Of a stretch of DNA of 64,000 bases, positions 31,529 to 47,490 are shown one piece after another (the first letter of the stretch is position 1; each line of letters starts with the position of its first letter). The notes below the pieces were generated by a model, which was not told where the DNA came from, did not search any database, and saw only the letters and a program-made list of their open reading frames with translations. This stretch comes from Flaccisagitta enflata (taxonomy: Eukaryota). The translations under genes and the position numbers were made by a program. The DNA lies in contig OZ231126.1 in NCBI GenBank assembly GCA_965153355.1, forward strand, positions 62,001-126,000, given 5' to 3'.

Positions 31529-31704
31529 CAGTGGGACCCCGCCTCATCGGACCTATTGGGACTGAAGATTTTTCACCTTTATCTCAGGATAACCTTTAAA
31601 GAGAGGTGAAATCACATTAAAAACTACCATTTGGGACCTCAAAATATTGACCTTTATTGATGGGGAACCTTTAAAAGCGAAGCTGTTATTGCGGGGTTCC
31701 ACTG
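31529..31704. mobile_element. pogo/Tigger-like MITE
   Basis: TA-CAGTGGGACCCCGC ... GCGGGGTTCCACTG-TA. Confidence 0.8.
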
Positions 31705-32513
31705 TATTTTGTAAAAGGGAACACCTTATTAGTCTCACATCCTTCTCATTCCAATTCTACTCATCTCCCTTCTCTTCTTCTCAAAGTCTTTTACTTGGCT
31801 CCATACCACCGTTTCATCCTTCTCCTCTTCCTCTTCCTCCGCATACTCCTCCTCATCCACTACCGCCACAACTACCACCACCTATCCGTTCTATTCACTT
31901 CCTCGTCTTTCTTTTCCTCCTTCTCCCTCTTCTCAACCACCACCTTCTCCTCATCCACCACCACATCCACCGCCACCACCACATCCTCCTCTTACTCTTC
32001 CTCCTCCTCATCCTCCTCCTCATCCACCACCACCAAAACTACCACCACCTCTTCCTCCTCCTCCTCCACCACCACCACCACCACCACCACCACCACCACC
32101 ACCCTCTCCTCTTTCTTCTCCTCTTCCTCCTCTTCCTCCTCCTCCACGGACTGCCGGTGAATTGAACCTTGTCTTACTCCACCATCGCCACCGCTTCCTC
32201 CTCCTCTTCCTCCTCCTATTCCTCCTCCTCCTCTTCCTCCTCCTCCCTCTTCCTCCTCTTCCTCCTCCTCTTCCTCCTCTTCCTCTTCCTCCTCCTCTTC
32301 CTCCTCTTCCTCTTCCTCTTCCTCCTCTTCCTCCTCCTCTTCCTCCTCTTCCTCTTCTTCCTCTTCCTCCTCCTCTTCCTCCTCTTCCTCTTCCTCCTCT
32401 TCCTCTTCCTCCTCCTCTTCCTCCTCTTCCTCCTCTTCCTCCTCCTCTTCCCCACGGGCTGCCGGTGAATTGAACCTTGTCTTCGTCCCTTCCGTATCCA
32501 GGAATATATTTTC

Positions 32514-35059
<2,546 letters not shown>

Positions 35060-36677
35060 GTGAGGGGAGATTTATATGAACTAATAAACGAACGAAAGAA
35101 CGAATGAACGTTAATTTTCGACGATCATCGTCAAATTAGATATAGATAGTCATAGAAGTTGATTTGATTTGCGTACATAACACGGCTTACGGGCTTAGCT
35201 TAGTAAATAGTCATCGTAGTTTTTACCAAAGGTAGTTGGTCAATCTTCTTCTCAGTTTTCTCCTCTTTCTCCTTCTTAATTTCCCGCCTCTCCATCTCTT
35301 TCTTCTTCTGCCTCTATTTCTCCCCTTTTTCAGCCCTTTCCCTCCCTTTCCTTTCCTTCTCTTTCTTTCTCTTCCTCTTTTCCTGCCTCCTACTCCTCTT
35401 ATCTTATCCTTTCCTGAACCCATTCTACATGGAGAAAACAAGATTAAGTACTCGGCCACTATCAGTAGCAATACTGTGATCAACAGGTCTGAGTAGCATA
35501 GTATCTTTTTGAGTCGCTGGCTTGCGACTGAAAATCCGCTGATCTAGTCGCGAGTATGTTTATAAGAGTATCTTATAGTGTGAAAGTGCGCAGTAGCTGT
35601 AAACAATAATCCCCTTTTCTTCCCTGCCCTCTTTTTTTTTTCATTTTGCTTTCATTATTCATGCTTTACATAATATGTTTGTAAAGTACTGCCATGCCGA
35701 CTCTAAGGTTTGTAGAATCTAACAAGCATTTTATGAATAAATATGTATGGACTTCTAATAACCATGGAGGCTGATGCACTGATTCTGGAATAACGAAATC
35801 TACATCACCAACTAAAACCCAACTAAAACCTAACTAAAACCCAACTAAAACCCAACTAAAACCCAACTAATCCATCAACTAAACTGACTAATCATCAATT
35901 ACTGGTGTATTGTATTGGTGAAAACTAATTTTTTCACTAATTTTTGTAAATCACGTCAATTAAGTATTGCAACTGAAAAAGCTACTACAGAAATGGTTCC
36001 GACTCACAGGTACTAAAAACTCACGCCGATTGCGGCAGTGTAAAGAAACCGCATGATCAAGAATGTTAGTCATAGCTTTAAAGTAAGAAGTACGAAAACA
36101 ATTTTATTTTTAAAGAATAAAGCATCGTGATAGGCAATTTAGTGATTTCTTGATAGAATTTACCTAATGATGAGTAAAATCAGCATGATGATGTTTTTGA
36201 GATACGTAGGATCGAATAAATCATCTGGACGATTTGAAGCATGAGCTTGAACAATGACCATGAAGCATGAGTTTTAAGGTTGGTAGGCAAATAGTACTCC
36301 TCTGATCATGCTTTGAAAAAAAAACATGTTTCTAACTTTAAAAGTTGCTGTAAAATCCATTCTGTGACATGCGAATAAAAAAAAAACAAAAAAAAAAAAA
36401 AAAACAAATGACAAACCAAAAAAAAACAAAAAAAAATAGAGATGGCGTGTACATAGCCATGCACATTTAAGATATCTGTCCTTCCCGAAAAGATTACGAC
36501 AATCTTTATTTAAGTTTTTTTTGTTTTTTTTTCTTTTTTGTTTGTACTTTTCACCCAAATTCCCAAACGAGTTACTAGACGAATTTTCTTGGCACTTCTT
36601 TTCGGTATCTGTAAAAACCACCTTGTTAATCATCACTCATTCTTATCTAATCTATTACATTTCCATAAATCCAACAG

Positions 36678-36879
36678 CCCGACTGGTCTACCAAGCGCGT
36701 GTCAGCGCTGGATCAAATTCGGCAACCCCCCACCGACTTCGTGCACTCCCCCCTCGGACCCCCTGGGGTTGCCCCCCTCACCCCTCGAAAAATGGCTGAC
36801 GAAGGAAGTGTTCTACGACCTTTTCCCCAAAGCAAATCTCGGTCACGGACTCTCCCCCTGCGCGCCCTATTCTTACGAG
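36678..36879 (+). CDS. GH19 chitinase exon 2
   Basis: caacag|C; ...LTKEVFYDLFPKANLGHGLSPCAPYSYE, matching the GH19 N-terminal F..LF....YsYeaF pattern; donor GAG|GTGTGT. Confidence 0.88.
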
Positions 36880-36888
36880 GTGTGTATG

Positions 36889-37210
<322 letters not shown>

Positions 37211-37829
37211 TTTACAGTAATTTTAGTTATTACTTTTCCTTTAACACTGTCATCACTCATCAGTCATAACTTTTTAGTTTTTTTCAAACACCAGAAATAA
37301 CTTTGTCATCCTTCGTTCGCACTTTTATTTTTAGTCGCGGACACGCGACTCTACACCTTGCCGTGTCGGTCGGTCGGTAGGTCGGTCAGTCCGTCCGTCT
37401 GTCCGTCACATTTTTTTATTCTGAGCGGTTTTCGCATTACTGCTCCTGCCCAACCGTCCGCGACTGGATTTCCGTGTATCCGGCCTTGTTTTTTGCTCTC
37501 AAGTGACAGTTGGTCTTATTCATCCATCCATTCATTCATTCATTCATTCATTCATTCATTCATTCATTCATTCATTCATTCATTCATTTATTCATTCATT
37601 CATTCATTCATTCATTCATTCATTCATTCATTCATTCATTCATTCATTCCTAGATTCATTCATTCATTCATTTCTAGATTCATTCATCACTGATTTCTAG
37701 CATTAATCATCGCTGCTCGTTAAAGATATTTCTTTGGGTTTGAAGCAAATGATCCTGCTGAAAATCGTACATTCAGTCAGTGATTCATTCATTCATTCAT
37801 TCATTCATTCATCTACCATTCATTCACAG

Positions 37830-37976
37830 GCCTTTGTCATCGCTGCTCGCTACTTCCCTGGATTTGGCGGTCATTACGTCACAAAAGATCCGGCAGGAAA
37901 TCCTTTGCCTCAGACTTACTCCAGACAAGAAATTTGGCGCAGAGATGTGGCGGGATTCTTCGCTCACGCCATTCAA
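37830..37976 (+). CDS. GH19 chitinase exon 3
   Basis: tcacag|GCC; AFVIAARYFPGFG...RRDVAGFFAHAIQ; donor CAA|GTAAGG, phase 0. Confidence 0.9.
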
Positions 37977-38641
37977 GTAAGGCTGCTTATCATTCATTCA
38001 TATATTCTTTCATTCATTCATTCATTCATTCATTCATTCATTCTTCATTCATTCATTCATTCATCCATTCATCCATCCATTCATTCATTCATTCATTCAT
38101 TCATTCTTTCATTCATTCATGCGTTCATTCATTCATCCATCTATTCATTCATCTATTCATTCATTAACTCATTCATTCATTCATTCATTCATTCATTCAT
38201 TCATTCATTCATTCATTCATTCATTCATTCATTCATTCATTCAATCGTTCATTCACTCATTCATTCATTCATTCTTTACTCCCGTTATTCAAATAAAGCT
38301 GCATGACCTAAATTGTAAAATATATACATTATTTGTTTCTAAACTCATTCATTCATTTATCATTTCATTTAAGTATTCATCTTTTTTTATTCATTTATGT
38401 ATTATTTAATCTTTCTTTTTTTTTTGGTCTCTTAGTCATTTTTCTATCTATTCATCTATCTTTTCATTTTTATTCATTTCTTATTTATCTATTTGTTCAT
38501 TCATTCTTTCTTTTTTTCTTTCTTTCTTTTTTTCTTTCATTCTTTCTTTCTTTTTCTTTCTTTATCTTTCTTTCTTTCTTTCTTTCGTTCTCTTGTTTTC
38601 TTCCCATTCATGAAGAATCACATTCCATTAAATCCAAACAG

Positions 38642-38738
38642 GAAACTGGAGAGAACAATATCGATCTCTTAAAAACGCTTTCACCCGAAGTGGCTGAAGC
38701 TTGTTTCTATCGGGGAGGTTTCTTTAATTGGTTTGAAG
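38642..38738 (+). CDS. GH19 chitinase exon 4 (catalytic Glu)
   Basis: aaacag|GAA; splicing restores AHAIQETG (GH19 HETG/QETG motif); CFYRGGFFNWFE supplies the second Glu; donor AAG|GTTAGT. Confidence 0.9.
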
Positions 38739-38907
38739 GTTAGTGTTTATATCGGCGTGCCTGATCGCCAAATAGATGCGATTTGTACGAATGTGTGCAA
38801 TATGCAAATGAGTCAGTGTGTAGTGAGTAGTGAGTAGTGAGTGTCACTAAGTAGTGAGTACCGACCAAAAAAAAAGTTTATCATGTATAGAAAACTTAAC
38901 ATTAACA

Positions 38908-38976
<69 letters not shown>

Positions 38977-38981
38977 CTCAG

Positions 38982-39137
38982 GTGGGCCCGTATCCGCTTT
39001 CGTGGTGAACGGGGGTGCCACCCCTGAGGAAGGAGAATGGTGTATACCGGCTGGAAGATATTGTTCCACTGGAAATGTCCCCCATTTACATCCTTGCAAC
39101 GATGAAGAAATCAAACAACCCAACAACATAACCAAAG
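38982..39137 (+). CDS. GH19 chitinase exon 5
   Basis: ttctcag|GT; GGPVSAF...WCIPAGRYC...HPCNDEEIKQPNNITK; donor AAG|GTTAGT, phase 1. Confidence 0.85.
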
Positions 39138-39540
39138 GTTAGTTCCTTACCTTTGACTCAACATAACCAAGGGTAAGCAAAGTCCATCGGTAACGTTTGG
39201 AAAGAAACAAGTGGCTTTCATCTTTTGATTGAACGATTCTTTTCACACGATGGGTCACGGGTTACGGGTTACGGGTTACGGGTTACGGGTTACGGGTTAC
39301 GGGTTTCGGGTTTCGGGTTACGGGTGGGGCTCGTGTGAGAAAACACGCTAGAGCGGGGATAAAAACAAGTATAAAATGGCACTTCTTTGATGTTTAGAAC
39401 TCCTTCTATAGATATCATTTAACAGTTTAAAATCCCGAGCTCCATTTATGAGACAAGAGGGTTCGTCCAATAAATTTGTCCATCTGTCCATCAATTACAC
39501 CATTTCAAACATTAAATGACTTATCGGGAATTGTGCTTTC

Positions 39541-39646
39541 TCTCTGTTTCTCCCATCCAGGCTGTTACTTTTGTCGTGGTGCCATTCAGATATCATACAA
39601 CTACAATTACAGTCTCTCTCTCTCTCTCTGTTTCTCTCTCTCTCTC

Positions 39647-39720
<74 letters not shown>

Positions 39721-40343
39721 CCATCCAGGCTGTTACTTTGGTCGTGGTGCCATTCAGATATCATACAACTACAACTACAGTCTCTCTCTCTCTCCTTCTT
39801 CCATCCAGGCTGTTACTTTGGTCGTGGTGCCATTCAGATATCATACAACTACAACTACAGTCTCTCTCTCTCTCCTTCTTCCATCCAGGCTGTTACTTTG
39901 GACGTGGTGCCATTCAGATATCTTACAACTACAACTACAGTCTCTTTCTCTCTCTTCCTCCTTTCTAGGCTGTTACTTTGGTCGTGGTGCCATTCAGATA
40001 TCATACAAATACAACTACAATCTCTCTCTCTCTCTTCCTCCTTTCCAGGCTGTTACTTTGGTCGTGGTGCCATTCAGATATCATGCAAATACAACTGCAG
40101 TCTCTCTCTCTCTCTCTTCCTCCTTTCCAGGCTGTTACTTTGGTCGTGGTGCCATTCAGATATCATACAAATACAACTACAGTCTCTCTCTCACACTCTT
40201 TCTCCCATCCAGGCTGTTACTTCGGCCGTGGTGCCATTCAGATATCTTACAACTACAACTACAGTCTCTCTCTCACACTTTCTCCTCTCCAGGCTGTTAC
40301 TTCGGACGTGGTGCCATTCAGATATCATACAACTACAACTACG
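39541..40343 (+). repeat. Tandem array (9 copies, ~80 bp) of acceptor plus first ~51 nt of GH19 exon 6
   Basis: ag|GCTGTTACTT starts at 39561, 39729, 39809, 39889, 39969, 40049, 40131, 40213, 40293, separated by (CT)n. Confidence 0.95.
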
Positions 40344-40531
40344 GTCTTTTCGGTCGATGGCTTCAAAGTCGCGGAATCACTCACGAAGGCAAAACCATCG
40401 ATTTGCTCAAAAATCCAAATCTCATCATGACCAAGAAAGATCCTCCTTTGAGCATTTTGGCCTCTTTGTGGTTCTTTATGACTCCTCAACCGCCAAAACC
40501 CGCTATGCATGATATCCTCATTGGAAACTGG
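40293..40531 (+). CDS. GH19 chitinase exon 6
   Basis: GCYFGRGAIQISYNYNYG (GH19 YxGRGxIQLS/TxNYNY signature), LLKNPNLI, ASLWFFMTPQPPKPAMHD; donor TGG|GTGAGT. Start taken at the last of nine acceptor copies. Confidence 0.9.
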
Positions 40532-40595
40532 GTGAGTGGGGGGGGGGGGGAGGGACAATATGAAATCGTGACATTCTTGTTGATTATGTGGTAAA

Positions 40596-41612
<1,017 letters not shown>

Positions 41613-41657
41613 GTGGTAAATGGGAGGACAACATTCGTATAGCCAAAACATGACATT

Positions 41658-42633
41658 TAACTATGGCAAAATAAAAAAGCGAACGAATTTTGAGAGAGCA
41701 AAAACATAAGAAGATGTTGACCAATTTGCACAAGATTTACAGGGAATGATAACCATGATTTGGACTATGTCTGGTTAGAATTTCATCAAAATCCGTTGAA
41801 TACTTTAGTCGTTATCACGTTTTTACTGAAGTCACCTCTTTTTTTGACTGCCAGAGATGACATTTATCCTAAATCAAAATAATTCCATTTTTAGTAAAAT
41901 TAGCATTGTGCAAAAAGTTTTGGGAGTTTTGTTATGATTTTTGAACTGTATTCTGATGGTGCTATTTACTAATACTAGGCAAAATTCGCTTTCACTCAGA
42001 TAAAGTCTAGTGGGGTAGATATTGGTTGATTGTAAGCTTGCTCAGGATAAGAAATATTCAGCTACCTGTAAGAATATTTTTGCAATTTGGGAGACTAAAA
42101 ATGCTTCCATCTTCACAAAAATTTTACTGGAGATTACTCATATGTACAAAAGTTACCAGTTAAAACATTATGATAATCGGTAAAAAACTATGGCCATAGC
42201 ATTACTTTATAGTTCAGGTTTCATCTTCCTTAACTTCATTCTTAAACCCATAAAAAAAGTTTTGGAAAATTTGCTGTTTCTGCTAGAATAATCGGAGTCT
42301 CGTTATGAAATTTTTACCACAGCCTGTTAACAATGTGGTCTACTTCCACTTCAAATTTCATCAAAATCAGACTAGATTTAGTGCGGTTTTTCTAAATTTG
42401 TTTATTCATTCTTTGAAAATTCTAATGTGTGTAAGTTGAAGTTCTGATCATCGGACAAGCACTTTTTAAAAATCTATAATTCCTAAACTATTTAGAGCAG
42501 GACATCGATTTTTTCAGTGATGCTTAATAATACCAAAAAGTAACTCCAGTAAAAATTTCAGCATACTGGGTGAATTTTCAAAGGATTTATAAGCAAAAGA
42601 AGTAACTGTTCGCTTTTTTTTTTGCCATAGTTA
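41658..42633. mobile_element. Non-autonomous TIR element in GH19 intron 6
   Basis: TAACTATGGCAAAA..AAAAGCGAAC pairs with GTTCGCTTTT..TTTGCCATAGTTA. Confidence 0.75.
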
Positions 42634-42944
42634 GTTACCATTTGAGAATTTTTTGTGATGCTTTATGATTACAATATTAAAAATTCGGTCATAGAATTCA
42701 AGCTGTTTTCTGGAATAAACAATTATCTGTTAATCATTTATTAACCAGTAGCAAGACCAATGACAAGACTCGTTTTGGTGTTTTTTCCTCCATTTCTTAG
42801 ACAAGCTCTTACACTGCCTACACTTTACAACCACCACCATTAACATTACCATTAACATTACCATTACCATAACCATAAACATATTACCAATACCATCTCT
42901 TCATTAGTGAATTTTTCCTATGCATTGTGTTTAATGATATACAG

Positions 42945-43078
42945 GTGAGCCCAGACAAAGATTATGCTGGTTCCGTTTTGGGTCCAACTTCACTCGTTAT
43001 CAACAACGAATGTGGAGGAGAAGATGAAGACTTTGTTGGGGGACCTGGAGAGAGTAGAAGGATTAAGGCTTTCAAATG
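42945..43078 (+). CDS. GH19 chitinase exon 7
   Basis: atacag|GTG; VSPDKDYAGSVLGPTSLVINNECGGEDEDFVGGPGESRRIKAFKW (G.T..IN.EC motif); donor TG|GTTAGC, phase 2. Confidence 0.9.
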
Positions 43079-43099
43079 GTTAGCATGATGATTGAGATA

Positions 43100-43180
<81 letters not shown>

Positions 43181-43337
43181 TGTAGACTTTGTTGGGGGAC
43201 CTGGAGAAAGTAGAAGGATTAAAGCTTTCAAATGGTAAGTATGATGATGGTGGAGATGATGATGATGACTTTGTTGGGGGACCAGGAGAAAATAGAAGGA
43301 TTAAGGCCTTCAAATGGTAAGCATGATGATTATGATA

Positions 43338-43411
<74 letters not shown>

Positions 43412-43502
43412 GACTTCGGCGGAGATGATGATGATGAATTTGTTGGGGGACCAGGAGAAAGCAGAAGAATTAAGGCTTTTAAATGGTAAGCATGATGATT
43501 GA

Positions 43503-43563
<61 letters not shown>

Positions 43564-43727
43564 TGTAGACTTTGTTGGGGGACCTGGAGAAAGTAGAAGG
43601 ATTAAAGCTTTCAAATGGTAAGTATGATGATGGTGGAGATGATGATGATGACTTTGTTGGGGGACCAGGAGAAAGTAGAAGGATTAAGGCCTTCAAATGG
43701 TAAGCATGATGATTATGATGATGATGG

Positions 43728-43779
<52 letters not shown>

Positions 43780-43898
43780 GACTTTGTTGGAGGACCAGGA
43801 TACAGGCTTTTAGATGGTAAGCATGGTGGAGATGATGATGATGACTTTGTTGGGGGACCAGGAGAAAGTAGAAGGATAAAGGCTTTCAAATGATAAGC

Positions 43899-43932
<34 letters not shown>

Positions 43933-43986
43933 CTTTGTTGGGGGACCTGGAGAGAGTAGAAGGATAAGGGCTTTCAAATGGTAAGC

Positions 43987-44044
<58 letters not shown>

Positions 44045-44098
44045 CTTTGTTGGGGGACCAGGAGAAAGTAGAAGGATTAAGGCTTTCAAATGGTAAGC

Positions 44099-44135
<37 letters not shown>

Positions 44136-44189
44136 CTTTGTTGGGGGACCTGGAGAAAGCAGAAGGATTAAAGCTTTCAAATGATAAGC

Positions 44190-44250
<61 letters not shown>

Positions 44251-44380
44251 CTTTGTTGGGGGACCTGGAGAAAGCAGAAGGATTGAAGCTTTCAAATGGT
44301 AAGCATGATGATGATGATGATGACTTTGTTGGGGGACCTGGAGAAAGTAGAAGGATTAAAGCTTTCAAATGGTAAGAGTG
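43029..44380 (+). repeat. Tandem array (13 copies) of last ~50 nt of GH19 exon 7 plus donor
   Basis: GACTTTGTTGGGGGACC...TTCAAATG|GTAAG recurs with variable (GAT)n spacers. Confidence 0.95.
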
Positions 44381-44517
44381 ATAATGATAATGATGATGAT
44401 GATGATGTTGATTATGATGATAATGATAATGTTAATGACATTGACGGTGATGATGATGATGGTGATGTTTATGAGGATGATATTCAATGAAGATTACAAA
44501 ACGTTGCATTTTTCCAG

Positions 44518-44639
44518 GTTTTGCAATTATTTCGGGATTTCGGCGTTCAAAAGTGAAAAGGAAGAAAAAACTTTGACTTGCAAATATTTCAACGTAGATG
44601 ATTTCAGACAATTCAATGTGGATCCTGCGCTACTCGGAG
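44518..44639 (+). CDS. GH19 chitinase exon 8
   Basis: tttccag|G; WFCNYFGI...LTCKYF; donor GAG|GTTTGT phase 1 fits the last exon. Confidence 0.82.
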
Positions 44640-45366
44640 GTTTGTTAAACATGTTACATTTGTATTGTGAAATTGGGAGGTGCGTTAAACACGCGTCGTG
44701 TTACTCGGAAGTTCGTTAGACACGTATACTACGCGGATAAAAAAAAAAAGCCGCACCTTTATGTAGGTGAGTGAAAAAGGTTTTTTTGTCCAACTGATTT
44801 TGAAGATTTTTGAATTTTCTTTTATTCTAGACTAATCCCATGTCTGTATCTCAAACCGTTTAAAAGTTAGAGCTTGTCAAAGTGAACCTTTATTTTGGAA
44901 AAAAGCTCATTTTTTAATAGTAACTGAAAATGGCAATATTTTCACTCCTCTTTATGCCATTTCTAATCAAATAAAGCTAAAAATGCCATTTTTTTAAAAA
45001 TTCAATATGACAATTGATAAATTGTCATTTAAAAGTGCGGTTTTTTTTATTGATTCGCGTAGTATTGTGTGGCTTGCAAAGGCTTTATGAAAGCAGATGT
45101 GCAGTCATCAAATCTGGTTATACAGATTATTTCTACTCAAGTGTAAGCGATACCATAACCAGACATTTCGGTCTGTCGGTCAGTCTGTCTGTCAGTTGGT
45201 CTGATTTTCGGTCGATCTTTCGGTCTGCATCTTACTCTCTTGGGGCATACTGGGTCTTTGCGAGCAGTATCTTGCATCACTGCCCCTGCCCAATTACCAA
45301 ATTGGATACGTAATACACTGCCCACCTACACGCGCTTGCCTTTTTTTCTCTTTTCCGTAAACACAG

Positions 45367-45650
45367 GACGTGGTGAATACAAATCATGGGACTACGATTG
45401 GCGTTTCCCCAACGAATGTCGCTGCAACATGAAGACTTATCAAGGAGTCATTTTGGCCTTTGACCCCAAACTTCATCCTAGACTCAAAAACATCAACAAC
45501 CATCACAAAAGATGGTGTGAAAAAGCCCTACAGCAAGTTTATGTTTCCAAAGGAGAGAAATGCGGAGCGGTGCCTATTATGAAACCAGAGGACATGAAGA
45601 AAAGGACGGAAGAGGAAGGAGACGAAGAGGGGGAGGAAGAGGAGGAGTAA
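45367..45650 (+). CDS. GH19 chitinase exon 9 (C-terminal extension, acidic tail)
   Basis: acacag|GA; GRGEYKSWDYDWRFPNECRC...EEEGDEEGEEEEE stop. The nine exons total 3927 nt (1308 aa plus stop). Confidence 0.85.
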
Positions 45651-47049
45651 AAGGGAGAGGAGGAGAAGAAGGATGTGTAGATGTGTGAGGAGAAGTAAGA
45701 GAGGGAAGAAAAAGAAAAGAGGAAGAAAAAAAATAAGACCCGATGCCTACAAACAGCAACAAAACAAAACAAAACAAAACAAAACAAAACAAAACAAAAC
45801 AAAACAAAACAAAACAAAACAAAACAAAACAAAACAAAACAAAACAAAAAAACAAACATTATAGGTTGAATATAGAAGTTCCCTATAAGTCCATTGTAAC
45901 AATATTTTCCTCAATGATTCACAGGCAGTGCCTCTCTTTCCCTTAGTTTGTGCTTGCTTTTGCTGTTTGTTACATTATTCTGTTCTCTTCATTGATTTTT
46001 ACTTACTTTGCTGCGAGATAGCAAAGTAGGTTTTTGTTATATAGCTTTTAGACTGTTTAGCAATGAATTTACACATGTACTGAATAGCTTTCAATTGCTA
46101 GGCTTGTGAATGAAAAACGATAACTTAGTCATGCGAATTGCTTTAAACCAATTATTTCATCTCGTTCATTTAATGATTTGTCTTTCTCATTGTCTGTATT
46201 TTTGCTCAGCATTACGCTCAAGTTTCCTTTTGAATTAAAATCGAATATTCAAACTTTATGACTGGGGGGAAAAAGATGACATACGCCAGGTCTTAGAATT
46301 TGCAGTCAGTTTGAATTTGTTCGTGAAATTGCTAGAATCCTAACTATGGCAAACGTGTTTTTCAGTAGTTTACACCCAAGCAATGAGTAAAACAAAACAA
46401 AATCGGTGACTGTTTTGAAGCTCTGTGAAAGATCTTTCAAATGAGATCTTGCTGGTAGTTCTAGCTTTAGTCGTCTAGAAATGGCATTGGGATGAAGACA
46501 GGTTGTCAGGAATTGGAAAAGCCCGTCAAAGGATCTTCATGTTTGTAGTTTGTTGTAACATAAAAACTAAACGCTTTGAGTTAAAAATGCAATCTTGGCG
46601 CAATTTTAAAGAAAACTTGAATCTCTTTAATTTGCTCATGGATATCAATTCGCTCATGGATATCGCTCATGGATATCGCTCATGTATATCGCTCATGGAC
46701 ATCAATTCGCTCATGGATATCGCTCATGGATATCAATTCTGAGTTCCACTATGAACAAAAACGTTGAGACTAAAATTGATAGTTGGAAAAAAAGCCAAAA
46801 TTTGCATTTTTTTCAGAAAGTGATATTCTTCTTTAATATAATGCGATGCCATTTCTTAACGAAAAAAGCTACTGAGACCAGCAACGTCGCATTTGGAAGA
46901 TTTTTCGAAGATCTTTCAAATGGTCATAGATTTTCTATAGTTCAAGAAAGTCATAGTCATAGTCATAGTCATAGTCATAGTCATAGATTTTCTATAGTTC
47001 AAGAAAAACAAGTTGTTTGTTTTTTTCTTTGCCATAGTTAGACAAAATA

Positions 47050-47404
47050 TGACATTGATGGTCATGACAAATGACAAATTAAAAATGACAAATAACAAAT
47101 GACAAATGACAAATTACAAATGAGATTGATGGTCATGAAAAATGACAAAAGACAAGTGACATTGATGGTTATGCTAAATGACGAAAGACAAGTGACATTG
47201 ATGGTCATGCCAAATGACAAAAGACAAGTGACATTGATGGTCATGCCGAATGACAAATGACAAATGACAAATGACAAATGACAAATGACAAATGACAGTG
47301 ATGGTGATGCTAAATGACAAATGACAAATTAAATTGATGGTCATGCCAAATGACAAAAGACAAGTGACATTGATGGTCATGCCAAGTGACAAATGACAAA
47401 TGAC

Positions 47405-47437
<33 letters not shown>

Positions 47438-47490
47438 ACAAATGACAAATGACAAAAGACAAGTGACATTGATGGTCATGCCAAATGATC
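47050..47490. repeat. TGACAAA heptamer / ~38-bp compound repeat
   Basis: Direct reading. Confidence 0.85.

Noticed and set aside
39561-40292. Dscam-like mutually exclusive exon cluster, or ~29-nt GT-AG micro-introns between copies
   Set aside because: Copies cover only the first ~51 nt of the exon and end in A|GTCTCT, a poor donor; such introns would be implausibly short.
43186-43617. 49-nt micro-exons (TGTAG|ACTTT...ATG|GTAAGT) in the donor array
   Set aside because: No pyrimidine tract before the AG and the length shifts frame.
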